DNA from: a phage
Length of the DNA: 64,000 nucleotides
Sequence record: PV730302.1
Reading direction: 5' to 3' (one strand)
Shown piece after piece: positions 10,862 through 19,491 of this stretch (within the stretch, counting starts at the first letter, position 1; every line of letters starts with the position of its first letter). The position numbers and the translations under genes are program-made. The notes beneath the pieces were generated by a model that was not told where the DNA came from, did not search any database, and saw only the letters and a program-made list of their open reading frames with translations.

Positions 10862-12385
10862 TTATAGTCCAGTTTGAGACCAATCACCAAATACATCTTC
10901 AAATGTATCAGCTTCTGTTTTATCGAAACGCCAACCTTTAATAATTGGAAGGAAAATACCTACGGTATCAGTACGTCCTTTAGAGTGAACCCAACCATTA
11001 CATTCACAGTCGGCAATACGGCCAATCAATTTACCTTCACGAGCTTGTTTCATAAGAAGTTCACGGTCTAAATCAGGACGGTCTTCCAGTGGAATCAATA
11101 CCTTTTTACCTGATTTATCTTTCTTATGGGTAGTATCTTTAAAGCCTGAGCCACAGTCACTTGTAATTCGACGGCAATGTGATACTAATTCAACACCACC
11201 AAGTTTGTTAGGGTCCTTCGAGTGTTCATAATAACCTACCACTTCTAAAGCGATATCTATTACTTCTTTGAACTTGATAAGATTCTTAGAACGGCGATTT
11301 TCCCAGTAGGAGTCCATGTTCTTAAGGATAATACCTTCCAGACCTTGGTCGACATATTTTTTATAAACGACTTTAGCTTCTTCAAGATTATTAACCCACT
11401 GGTTTTCGATAGCTTCAACACGCGTTGTGCCATGCAATACGACATTATGAGCAACCATAAGTTCTAAGGCTGTAAAGCGTACATCATACTTATCGCCTTT
11501 AATTTTACCTTCGGAATATACGACATCCAATGGGACATAATCCCATGCCTGTAATACCATACCAGCGGCTTCAGTAGCCGAAATAGTTCCTTGAAGAGCT
11601 TTGTTAGCCAAGCCATTTGACGTAGAACGATCGGCGACAGTTTGGAATTCCTTAGCCTTACTTAATTCAGGAAGTTCCTCGTCAAACATACTAAACAAAT
11701 CATTAGATGCTTTAGGTTCTACCTTAGGAGTATGGTAAACTAATTCGCCATCAATCATAACGCCATTAGGATGGCGTTGTCGAGCTTCTTCGGTCATGGC
11801 CATTAATTCAGCAGCCAAAAGATTAAGCCCTTGATATTCATTACCACCACGAGTAAGGAATGTCACACCATCGTTACGAACTTCGGCAAAACAACGAGCA
11901 CCATCAGCTTTTAATTGAGCAAACGCTGGCCATTTAATATTTTTCTTAATCAAAGCTTCATCATAAGAACTCGCCAACATCTGCGGTTGTTCAGGGATTA
12001 AACCTTTCCAAACCTTGTTAGCAATAGAAATCGATGCACCACATTCAAGGTCGCGCATCATTACACGACGTAATACCTCGGCATCCGGGGCCTTAGCATC
12101 AGCAATGATTTGAGCCAGTTCTTCAATAGCCGCATTACCCGTAATCTTACGTGTGGCTAATGTGAATTCAGCGAAATCAAGAAGGTCTTCAAGAGTAATC
12201 ATACCAAAGGATTGAGATGTAAATCCAGGTTCTGGCCACTTTTTAATACCGTAGTTCAGACGACGGGTATAAGCCATACGATAAACACGTTTCAGAAGCT
12301 CATTGTCCTTTTCACGAGCAATAATGGCTTCTTTAGCTTTAGTAGAATCAATAGCAGCAATTTCGTTTAAAATATCTAAAATCAT
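10862..12385 (-). CDS. 30: ATP-dependent DNA ligase
   Basis: Track ORF to 12424; start set at M14 (MILDILNEIAAI...), which matches the T4 ligase N-terminus as recalled; KADGARC adenylation motif (KxDG); C-terminal ...FEDVFGDW..TGL. Confidence 0.9.
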   Translation of the reverse strand: MILDILNEIAAIDSTKAKEAIIAREKDNELLKRVYRMAYTRRLNYGIKKWPEPGFTSQSFGMITLEDLLDFAEFTLATRKITGNAAIEELAQIIADAKAPDAEVLRRVMMRDLECGASISIANKVWKGLIPEQPQMLASSYDEALIKKNIKWPAFAQLKADGARCFAEVRNDGVTFLTRGGNEYQGLNLLAAELMAMTEEARQRHPNGVMIDGELVYHTPKVEPKASNDLFSMFDEELPELSKAKEFQTVADRSTSNGLANKALQGTISATEAAGMVLQAWDYVPLDVVYSEGKIKGDKYDVRFTALELMVAHNVVLHGTTRVEAIENQWVNNLEEAKVVYKKYVDQGLEGIILKNMDSYWENRRSKNLIKFKEVIDIALEVVGYYEHSKDPNKLGGVELVSHCRRITSDCGSGFKDTTHKKDKSGKKVLIPLEDRPDLDRELLMKQAREGKLIGRIADCECNGWVHSKGRTDTVGIFLPIIKGWRFDKTEADTFEDVFGDWSQTGL

Positions 12386-12395
12386 AATCACCTCA

Positions 12396-12674
12396 TTAGT
12401 CATGGATTCTATTATAAGCCACATCAGCCAAAAGCAAGTCTAATCGCTTATGATAAGAGAACACAAATCTCATTCGCCCATCAGATTTGAACTTGGACAT
12501 AAAGTGGACATAAATGAATCCCTGTTCGACGCATTCGCGCCAAACAGGATGGTCTTTAGCCGGATTTACATCAAATGAGTAATCATGATTCACATGACGA
12601 ATAAACTGGTTTACATGACCATAATCCATTGTAGTGGTAGGACCATAGTCTGAAATTGTATGAACTACAAACAT
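12396..12674 (-). CDS. hypothetical protein (T4 30.1 position)
   Basis: Track ORF 12396..12707; probable start at internal ATG 12672-12674 just after the upstream stop. Confidence 0.35.
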   Translation of the reverse strand: MFVVHTISDYGPTTTMDYGHVNQFIRHVNHDYSFDVNPAKDHPVWRECVEQGFIYVHFMSKFKSDGRMRFVFSYHKRLDLLLADVAYNRIHD

Positions 12675-12675
12675 A

Positions 12676-13314
12676 TTAACCTCGAGCAATCCATTCAACT
12701 GCGGCATTATTACGAAGGGATTCGATGGCTGCGATATCGTCCCATGAATTAACCTTTACGGCTAAATTAGGTTTAAAGTCACGTTCACCACGAGCTAACC
12801 AATAAACTTGGATATCCATGAGAACATTAGATGCAGCATCACAGTGGTGAGCCAAATCATCAACATAAAACTTAATACGTTTACCGTACGTATTTTTAGC
12901 TCTTATGAAGAGGTCTTCTTTTGATTCTGAATGACCACACATCAGAATCTCCTTGAATGCGCCAGGGAACAAAGCATTCAAATTGAATTGTCTATTCAGC
13001 AGGGCATCAATTGAGTCGCCTAGCGCAGTCACGGCTACAAAATCGAAGTCTTTTTTGAGCTTGTTGATATGTTTTAATGCGTCCATGTAAGGAGACAGAT
13101 AACGAATAAAATCTGACTGATTGTACTTCTCGATTAAACGAGCGCCTAATTCATTATCACAATTAAACAGCTCGCCTGGAGATAAGAAACGTTCGTCCTG
13201 AATCATATTCAAAATATGTTCTAAAGGCAAATTATATTTCTGTGCGAAATAAGGCAAGCCGGACTGCCAACTTAAACATACTCCATCGATATCTGTTAAG
13301 ATAACTGGTTTCAT
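12676..13314 (-). CDS. HAD-superfamily hydrolase-like protein (T4 30.2 position)
   Basis: N-terminal ILTDIDGV (HAD motif I DxDG), later VTALG, RAK and YVDDL motifs in HAD order. Confidence 0.5.
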   Translation of the reverse strand: MKPVILTDIDGVCLSWQSGLPYFAQKYNLPLEHILNMIQDERFLSPGELFNCDNELGARLIEKYNQSDFIRYLSPYMDALKHINKLKKDFDFVAVTALGDSIDALLNRQFNLNALFPGAFKEILMCGHSESKEDLFIRAKNTYGKRIKFYVDDLAHHCDAASNVLMDIQVYWLARGERDFKPNLAVKVNSWDDIAAIESLRNNAAVEWIARG

Positions 13315-13778
13315 AATAAATCTCTCAATTTGTTTAGGATGTCGATAAACTCTTTTTCAGTTAGTATTGTATCACATTCTGTAAGGTGGCTTGCCATAGA
13401 ATGCTTTAAAACTTTGCCCTTTGTAGCTTGTAACGCATCGCGAAATCCTGGGTTTTGGATCGCTGCTTCAAAATAAGCATTTTCGTACAACTCTTTCCAT
13501 GCTGTAGAGTATCTTGAAATGGGAGTTCCAAGCCAGAACAGCGTCCCGCGGTCCGCAGCTCTAGCATAAGCTCTTCCAGTTTGTTGTGCGGCCAGACCGG
13601 ACATCCCAAATATACGTTTTTGTTGTTCAACATTTTTCACCTTACACCCTTGGAGGAATCCTTCGAGTCCTCCAAATTGGATACCATCCATAACGAAAGG
13701 CCATTTAGCAAAGTTACTTAATGCGCATGATGGCCATGGGAAGTTGCTTCTAATTTCTAATTCAGACATCTTTGACAC
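13311..13778 (-). CDS. NADAR/YbiA-like protein (T4 30.3 position)
   Basis: 155 aa; FPW..ALSNF...PF..DG..F...E.F.Q..K pattern resembles NADAR (DUF1768) N-terminal signature. Recognition from memory, not searched. Confidence 0.4.
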   Translation of the reverse strand: MSKMSELEIRSNFPWPSCALSNFAKWPFVMDGIQFGGLEGFLQGCKVKNVEQQKRIFGMSGLAAQQTGRAYARAADRGTLFWLGTPISRYSTAWKELYENAYFEAAIQNPGFRDALQATKGKVLKHSMASHLTECDTILTEKEFIDILNKLRDLL

Positions 13779-13977
13779 TTATAATTTCAACATCAGCCCA
13801 ATGCCCATAACCCGGCAGACGGTCTTCAATAGATAATCCGCCATCAGATTTCAGCATTTTAATTGTCATGATATAAGGGTCTAAATGGTCTGCCGTATGA
13901 GGAGAAACATCAGTCACACGATAAGTCACTTCGACCATTTCCGTACCTAATAATTTCTGAATCAATTTCTTAAACAT
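13762..13977 (-). CDS. hypothetical protein
   Basis: 71-aa ORF in a tightly packed same-strand array. Confidence 0.35.
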   Translation of the reverse strand: MFKKLIQKLLGTEMVEVTYRVTDVSPHTADHLDPYIMTIKMLKSDGGLSIEDRLPGYGHWADVEIISVKDV

Positions 13978-13978
13978 A

Positions 13979-14173
13979 TTATCCTCGCTTTAAACATTTG
14001 ATTACAGACAGTTCACCACCCATGCGAACGTCTTCAGTTCCATCGACCCATAAGACGGTGTAGGCTTCTTTAATAGTATCATTACCTAATTTAAAAGCAG
14101 GTAGAACCTTGGAAATCATTCCGGGAATACCTACACCTTTTAACTGAACCGTTTGCGATAAGAATAATTTCAT
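13979..14173 (-). CDS. hypothetical protein
   Basis: 64-aa ORF, same strand, abutting neighbours. Confidence 0.3.
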   Translation of the reverse strand: MKLFLSQTVQLKGVGIPGMISKVLPAFKLGNDTIKEAYTVLWVDGTEDVRMGGELSVIKCLKRG

Positions 14174-14174
14174 G

Positions 14175-14483
14175 TTAGCCTCGGTATTTCATTTGGAAGC
14201 AATGCTGCTCGTTACATTCAATAAAGAACTTGCGGTCTGCAGCAGAAATAATAATTCGTTCGTCTTGACGGGCGTCCGTTTTGATAGATTTCATATCATA
14301 AGACACTTTATCATACGGTATATAGATTTTATACACGTCGCCATTCTGGGCGAAATCAACACGGAATAGCTCTAGACCTATTAAATCAGTTACAAGACTG
14401 TTTATAGCATAGAACCCGTCAAGCTGACTAGTAGGCAAACAGTACCATTTACCTTCAATAAACTCTAACATAATTAACCTCAA
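14175..14483 (-). CDS. hypothetical protein
   Basis: 102-aa ORF; stop/start overlap with neighbours. Confidence 0.4.
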   Translation of the reverse strand: MRLIMLEFIEGKWYCLPTSQLDGFYAINSLVTDLIGLELFRVDFAQNGDVYKIYIPYDKVSYDMKSIKTDARQDERIIISAADRKFFIECNEQHCFQMKYRG

Positions 14484-14767
14484 TATCTCATCTGAAAGCC
14501 GTGTGATTTAACATTACCACCATAGATGTCAGAGGTATTGACTTCACGGGCGACACTTGGGTCGATATTGATATCATGGTTGAGCTTAGTGATTGCTAGG
14601 GTATCACGACCATTAACAGTACGGAATTCTACAGGGCATACAACATCGGCATAAGCCTTAATAGATTCACGAGTAGGTTGTTTGTCGGCAGGAACGTCTT
14701 TACCTGCTTTAGAGAAAACAACTTCACAGAAATTTTTACGAGTATCAAAATAAGTGGTCATAAACAT
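14480..14767 (-). CDS. hypothetical protein
   Basis: Track ORF to 14800; the first 11 codons are encoded by a GGAGGC-UUCG-GCCUCC hairpin (14783..14798); likely start is ATG 14765-14767 preceded by GAGGAAA. Confidence 0.4.
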   Translation of the reverse strand: MFMTTYFDTRKNFCEVVFSKAGKDVPADKQPTRESIKAYADVVCPVEFRTVNGRDTLAITKLNHDINIDPSVAREVNTSDIYGGNVKSHGFQMRY

Positions 14768-14808
14768 AATATTTTCCTCAAAGGAGGCCGAAGCCTCCAT
14801 TTTTAAGA

Positions 14809-15174
14809 TTAGATATCGAATTCGTTCAGAACTACATCAAAGATTGCTTCCAGGTGTTCAGGTTTAGCTCGGTTGCTCAGGATGTGACGAATCCAAGTTT
14901 TAACCAGAAGCTTACGATTAACACCGTTCCAGCAAGGATGGGTACCTAAATCACGTTGACGGAAATCGTCATCTAAAGCGATTTTAAAAGTAGAACCTTC
15001 CATTGTGATTGAAACCGTAATACCATTTTCAAAGCGCATATAAACGTAGTTAGGAGTCATGCACTGTTCGATTTCGCACACGGTGCCGTTGTTGTGTTTC
15101 CACAGGCAAATAACTTCAGAAGAACCAGCGATACCGTTAGAAACATATTTACGTTCGAAGTTGATGTAGTTCAT
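14809..15174 (-). CDS. hypothetical protein
   Basis: 121-aa ORF with its own upstream promoter-like cassette. Confidence 0.4.
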   Translation of the reverse strand: MNYINFERKYVSNGIAGSSEVICLWKHNNGTVCEIEQCMTPNYVYMRFENGITVSITMEGSTFKIALDDDFRQRDLGTHPCWNGVNRKLLVKTWIRHILSNRAKPEHLEAIFDVVLNEFDI

Positions 15175-15215
15175 TTTATTCTCCAGTTTGTTTTCGTATT
15201 ATTTGGTACAGGTCT

Positions 15216-15244
15216 ATAATAACACAACCTGTACCAAAGTAAAC
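15216..15244 (-). promoter_or_regulatory. early sigma70-like promoter (GTTTAC-N17-TATTAT) with -10 in loop of a 9-bp-stem hairpin
   Basis: Minus strand: GTTTAC, 17-nt spacer, TATTAT; flanked by ggtacaggt/acctgtacc inverted repeat (15205..15235); upstream of ORF starting at 15174. Confidence 0.5.
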
Positions 15245-15248
15245 TGTT

Positions 15249-15617
15249 TTATGCAACTTTAATCCAATTATCTAAATTTAATTCACCTTTAGCTTTCATT
15301 TTTTCAATCAACTCATCAGCAGTAGTGCGACCATTTTGATACCATGTAACATCTTCAGAATAACCAGTTTCTTCATCTTCATAAGTCTTACAACGAATCT
15401 TACCAAGAATCAAAGTTTTCAGTTCGTAGGTATCACCGGTAAAAAAGTTTGTTACTATAATTTTCCAAGAGAAGTCATCAGAAGGACCTTCCGGAGTCAT
15501 GCAACCTACAAATTCAAATTGTTCTTTGTACAAGTGCCATTGCATTTCTTTGGTTTCGATAGCTTTATAACCGTCGTGGTCTTTACCTTTGATGTATGAG
15601 TTAAGATTGATTTTCAT
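15249..15617 (-). CDS. hypothetical protein
   Basis: 122-aa ORF; its 5' leader is a near-identical copy of the leader of ORF 14809..15174. Confidence 0.4.
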   Translation of the reverse strand: MKINLNSYIKGKDHDGYKAIETKEMQWHLYKEQFEFVGCMTPEGPSDDFSWKIIVTNFFTGDTYELKTLILGKIRCKTYEDEETGYSEDVTWYQNGRTTADELIEKMKAKGELNLDNWIKVA

Positions 15618-15658
15618 TTTATTCTCCAGTTTGTTTTCGTATTATTTGGTACATGTCT

Positions 15659-15687
15659 ATAGTATCATGCCTACCGGAGATGTACAC
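15659..15687 (-). promoter_or_regulatory. early promoter-like element (GTGTAC-N17-TACTAT)
   Basis: Minus-strand -35/-10 hexamers with 17-nt spacing, directly downstream of a terminator hairpin and upstream of ORF start 15617. Confidence 0.45.
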
Positions 15688-15704
15688 CCTTTTTTTAAAG
15701 ATTT

Positions 15705-15734
15705 AGAAACAAAAATGGGACTCCGAAGAGTCCC
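15705..15734 (-). terminator. Rho-independent terminator (GGGACUC-UUCG-GAGUCCC + U-rich tail)
   Basis: 7-bp GC-rich stem with UUCG tetraloop on the minus-strand transcript followed by AUUUUUGUUUCU; begins 5 nt after the stop of the small ORF 15740..15901. Confidence 0.6.
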
Positions 15735-15739
15735 ATAAC

Positions 15740-15901
15740 TTATGCCTGAGGCTTACCAAAGCAAGCAGCATCTGCACGCAATACTGCACGAGCACGAGCT
15801 TGAAGCTTATCAACTACCTGATTGATACGCTTGTTGGACGCACGCTTGTAACCAGCGCGTTTAGAGGTACCGTCAACTACTTTAACTTCTTTCTTAGCCA
15901 T
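15740..15901 (-). CDS. small basic protein, 53 aa (absent from ORF track, under 60 aa)
   Basis: Hand translation: MAKKEVKVVDGTSKRAGYKRASNKRINQVVDKLQARARAVLRADAACFGKPQA; clean ATG..TAA ORF with a dedicated terminator immediately downstream; RBS weak (GAGA). Confidence 0.4.
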   Translation of the reverse strand: MAKKEVKVVDGTSKRAGYKRASNKRINQVVDKLQARARAVLRADAACFGKPQA

Positions 15902-16164
15902 TTTTAAATCTCTTAAATTAGGATGCAGGACTTATTGGCGTTGCCTGCGCAAGCCCTCAAGGGGAACATAGGTTTCGGATATTTAACGACAGGATAACCA
16001 TAAACCTCGTCATCATACCAACCACGACTTAGACAGATAACCTTTTTCTGACGCGTGATAGTACAAAATACATTCAAGAGGTACACCGTAAAACTGTTGG
16101 GGTCTTAAAACTATAATGATTCGCAAATCATTAATCAAACAGTTCGACGGCTCCTCGATTTAAC

Positions 16165-16413
16165 TTACTTCAGGGTAATAATAAAATGACGTACTGCTTT
16201 ACGAGCTGCTGAAGCCAAAGGCTTAGCAAATTTCAGTTCATCTTTAGCTTCCAGTTCAGCAGCCAGAGTAGCCTGAGCTGGGTTCAGATGTTTGAAATAA
16301 CGCAGGATTTCCAGTGCTTCGGCTTCAACATCAATAGATGCGCCGTAGTTTTCGTGACCGTTGTTCCAAGCGTTGCGTTGCAGTTCAAGAGCGTGATTCA
16401 GATGTTTGTTCAT
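16165..16413 (-). CDS. rIII: rIII-like protein (by size and position)
   Basis: 82 aa, same length as T4 rIII, located immediately downstream of gene 31 as in T4. Sequence identity not verified. Confidence 0.4.
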   Translation of the reverse strand: MNKHLNHALELQRNAWNNGHENYGASIDVEAEALEILRYFKHLNPAQATLAAELEAKDELKFAKPLASAARKAVRHFIITLK

Positions 16414-16559
16414 TTTAAATTCTCAATTCGAGATAAAGATTGGTGGACACGTTCTTCTGAATTTCACTTCCTTTCGGCAAGTCTCTCAGTTGTAGTCCAC
16501 CGCTTAGGATTCTCCGGTTAACTAACTAGTCCGGCAGCCAATCCATATTATTATTTATA

Positions 16560-16883
16560 TCACTTATAAAGACACGGAATAGCTTTATAGTGACAGGTAA
16601 CGAATTTTTGTTTAATTTCTTTAGGTTGTTTAATACCTAATGCAACCAACGGATGAGGCACGTTAGCAATCTTACCAACAGGAAGTGGAGTCAAATCACC
16701 TACTTCACAAAAATCTTCAGGGACATCAGGTCCTACAGAATAAATTTCACAAAGTTCAGGGATTTCACCTTGATGAAGTTTGCCAATAACGATACCAGAT
16801 GCAGTAGTTTCTTCATCACCAGCTTGTTTTGGTTCGGAAACGAGAATAACATATTCTCCGACCGCTTTAATAGGAAGTTCCAT
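16560..16883 (-). CDS. 31: co-chaperonin GroES homolog gp31
   Basis: 107 aa; [38 protein letters not shown] and C-terminal [23 protein letters not shown] match T4 gp31 as recalled. Confidence 0.9.
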   Translation of the reverse strand: MELPIKAVGEYVILVSEPKQAGDEETTASGIVIGKLHQGEIPELCEIYSVGPDVPEDFCEVGDLTPLPVGKIANVPHPLVALGIKQPKEIKQKFVTCHYKAIPCLYK

Positions 16884-16941
16884 ATTTAATCCATATTGTT
16901 TTGTTGATAGATTAATAATAACACGCTATTCTTAAAGCATA

Positions 16942-17241
16942 TTACAGGACAAGCAGAGTTTCAGTCTGAAGGCCGTTAATGGAAATCAGCTTATCGAAAC
17001 GGAATGAGCGCCAATCACTGGCCTTAGTATCAAATACTCTGATATAATTAACAGGTTCTTTATTGGCTTCTGGTCCAGGGGCCTGGACTTCTTTATACGG
17101 AAGCAGGTCTAAGTCACGTGTACAAGTCATACGACGGGCACTACCATCAGCCTTTTCAAACAGGACTTCATGAGTACCGACAGACAAAATAGTCTTGACT
17201 TTTTCACGGAGACGAATTGTTTCTTGTTCAGTTAAAATCAT
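16942..17241 (-). CDS. hypothetical protein (T4 31.1 position)
   Basis: 99-aa ORF downstream of gene 31. Confidence 0.4.
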   Translation of the reverse strand: MILTEQETIRLREKVKTILSVGTHEVLFEKADGSARRMTCTRDLDLLPYKEVQAPGPEANKEPVNYIRVFDTKASDWRSFRFDKLISINGLQTETLLVL

Positions 17242-17243
17242 AA

Positions 17244-17477
17244 TTACCCCAGAATAGTTTTTATAGTGGTTGCATTACGCTCTTTTAGAGCATTTAAGAG
17301 CCTATGGCAATTATCAAGAATAGGTACTGTTTTGTAATTCATGTTGGCATAAACCCACTCAGATTTATAGTACGATTTCCATCGAGAGAAAAAGTACTTT
17401 TTGTATTCTACTGAATAGGCTACTAAGCTTTCGCCTTTTGAGTTCAGACCTGAAAACTTAACTAGACGAAATTTCAT
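17244..17477 (-). CDS. hypothetical protein
   Basis: 77-aa ORF; start abuts stop of cd. Confidence 0.35.
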   Translation of the reverse strand: MKFRLVKFSGLNSKGESLVAYSVEYKKYFFSRWKSYYKSEWVYANMNYKTVPILDNCHRLLNALKERNATTIKTILG

Positions 17478-18022
17478 TATTCACCACAATAGTTTTGAAT
17501 TGATTCCCAGTTCAAAGAACGGAGACCTGTACGGTTATACTGGATAACTTCGATGCCTGATTCACGGAGGATATCGTCCCACCCTTCAGGATTTCGGTCA
17601 TAGAGCTCAGCATAAACCAATGTTTTAATTCCAGACTGCGCAATAGACTTAGCACAATCCGCGCAAGGAGATAACGTCACGTACATCGTAGCGCCATCAA
17701 TAGAACTTCCGGTACGAGCTGCAAACAAAATAGCATTCAGTTCAGCATGGATTTCATTTTTGGATGACCATGCAGCGTGAGCCATACGGTGTTCTTTAAG
17801 AAGAACAGATTTATGCGACATCCGCGTCGGGTCGTACACGACACGAGTCCAGTCCTGTTCCACTGCGTGGTCACAACAGTTCACACCACCGGACGGTGAA
17901 CCGTTATACCCTGTAGAAATAATGCGGCCATTCTTTTCAATAACCGCACCCACTTTCCATGAACAACATTTTGATTCCTGAGAAATCAGATAGGCAATCT
18001 GAAGATATGTACTTGCTTTCAT
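17477..18022 (-). CDS. cd: dCMP deaminase
   Basis: 181 aa; HAELNAI ... SPCADCA zinc-binding cytidine/deoxycytidylate deaminase signature; T4 position after pseT. Confidence 0.85.
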   Translation of the reverse strand: MKASTYLQIAYLISQESKCCSWKVGAVIEKNGRIISTGYNGSPSGGVNCCDHAVEQDWTRVVYDPTRMSHKSVLLKEHRMAHAAWSSKNEIHAELNAILFAARTGSSIDGATMYVTLSPCADCAKSIAQSGIKTLVYAELYDRNPEGWDDILRESGIEVIQYNRTGLRSLNWESIQNYCGE

Positions 18023-18393
18023 TACATCACCATGATATAGGCAGATTTAGCAGTTTCAACACGATATAATTCATGTCGCAATTTCGTGATTGATTTTACA
18101 CGTGAGGTTAATATACCATAACCATCTTTAAAGCGTTTTTTCTTATCGAAAAATACTACACCCGCTAATGAACTACCAATTTCAACTGGTAACATAGTCA
18201 GCAGCACACCATCATAATCAGCTGGGTTAATGCTTTTGAACAGGGTATCATTCATCAACAAAGATCGGATAAATTGTATAGCGCCATCAGAGAGACCGCG
18301 ATGGTCTCCATCCTTATCTTCTTGTAATGCGGTGGTAATAGCTTCTACTAAACTAATCATTAATATACACCCTCTGCGCTTCGACCAAACCAT
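18022..18393 (-). CDS. hypothetical protein
   Basis: 123-aa ORF, same-strand array. Confidence 0.4.
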   Translation of the reverse strand: MVWSKRRGCILMISLVEAITTALQEDKDGDHRGLSDGAIQFIRSLLMNDTLFKSINPADYDGVLLTMLPVEIGSSLAGVVFFDKKKRFKDGYGILTSRVKSITKLRHELYRVETAKSAYIMVM

Positions 18394-18589
18394 CTGAACC
18401 GAGTTTCAACTGGGTAATTTGGTCGCCATTTTTAGGATTAACGATAACCAATACCGCGCGCGGTGATTCCTGGATTACTCGCAGAGTTGCGTCAGGAAAA
18501 CGTACAGAAACCTTATTAATCAGGGCTTGAGCAAATTCTTTAACTTTAACGTGGAACTGCTCTACAGTAATAGGTTGTTCGCTCAGCAT
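18353..18589 (-). CDS. hypothetical protein
   Basis: 78-aa ORF; overlaps downstream neighbour by 41 nt, so true start may be internal. Confidence 0.3.
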   Translation of the reverse strand: MLSEQPITVEQFHVKVKEFAQALINKVSVRFPDATLRVIQESPRAVLVIVNPKNGDQITQLKLGSDGLVEAQRVYIND

Positions 18590-19143
18590 TAGATGGTCTC
18601 CAACTTAAGTTGTTTGGTAGTGGTAGCTTGGGTAACATCGCCTTTAACAATATAACACACTTGTTGGAACGAGCTGGTCAAAAGCTCTTCGGCCTGACGA
18701 TCGGCTTGTTCCTTTGTGTTATGGCGAGAATGAACTTCAATCTTACCATTTTTAACAATAAGCACTTTCCAATCGGCTGTAGCTTTTACTGGCTTAGGTT
18801 CCGGCTTTACAGCAATACTCGTAGTAGCCAGTGGACGTACTACTTCAATAAAGTATTCGAATTCATGGGCAAAGGCGCCTACTGAATTAAAAAGAACACT
18901 AGTTGCATCGTCGGGATTACCTGTGATTTTGCTCAGGTCAACAAACATCAACTCATCGTATACACGAATTCGGCTTACACGTGGCTTCCCGTTATGGTAA
19001 TCAATTTCAACTTCAAACGGGTTCATACCTACATACTTGGCAAAAGCTGTATTGAGGCCGTAAGCACCGTTATTAGTGAATTTGTTTTTAGTGTATTCAC
19101 CGACGAACTTATAAAACTTACGCTCTTCAAAGAACTGGCTCAT
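18589..19143 (-). CDS. hypothetical protein
   Basis: 184-aa ORF. Confidence 0.4.
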   Translation of the reverse strand: MSQFFEERKFYKFVGEYTKNKFTNNGAYGLNTAFAKYVGMNPFEVEIDYHNGKPRVSRIRVYDELMFVDLSKITGNPDDATSVLFNSVGAFAHEFEYFIEVVRPLATTSIAVKPEPKPVKATADWKVLIVKNGKIEVHSRHNTKEQADRQAEELLTSSFQQVCYIVKGDVTQATTTKQLKLETI

Positions 19144-19205
19144 TTCGATTTCCTCATTTGTTTCGGTAGGGTCATCATATCACCGTCCTTGGTGAAAGTA
19201 AACAC

Positions 19206-19484
19206 TTAAATTGCTTCGACAACTACCGTTTGTTTCTGGAAGTCCATTTTGCATGAAATAGCCAAAATGTGATTATCAATTTTAAATGGAACAATTGCAA
19301 ATGCTGCCCCAGGCGTGAGTTGAACAGTGATTGCATCAACCGCATCCGGGAACATGATTTCCAGAATAGCAGACAAACGACCGTGCACTTTTAGTTCAGT
19401 CGACGTGTCGACGGGTTCGTATAGGTAATCAGATACAATCTGACTAAAAACGGTTTTAACAATTTCAGAATAAGTAGGGAACAT
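19206..19484 (-). CDS. hypothetical protein
   Basis: 92-aa ORF. Confidence 0.35.
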   Translation of the reverse strand: MFPTYSEIVKTVFSQIVSDYLYEPVDTSTELKVHGRLSAILEIMFPDAVDAITVQLTPGAAFAIVPFKIDNHILAISCKMDFQKQTVVVEAI

Positions 19485-19491
19485 AATAACC

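Noticed and set aside
13406-13633. 75-aa ORF within the NADAR-like gene in another frame
   Set aside because: Completely nested within a longer ORF that shows a recognisable domain pattern.
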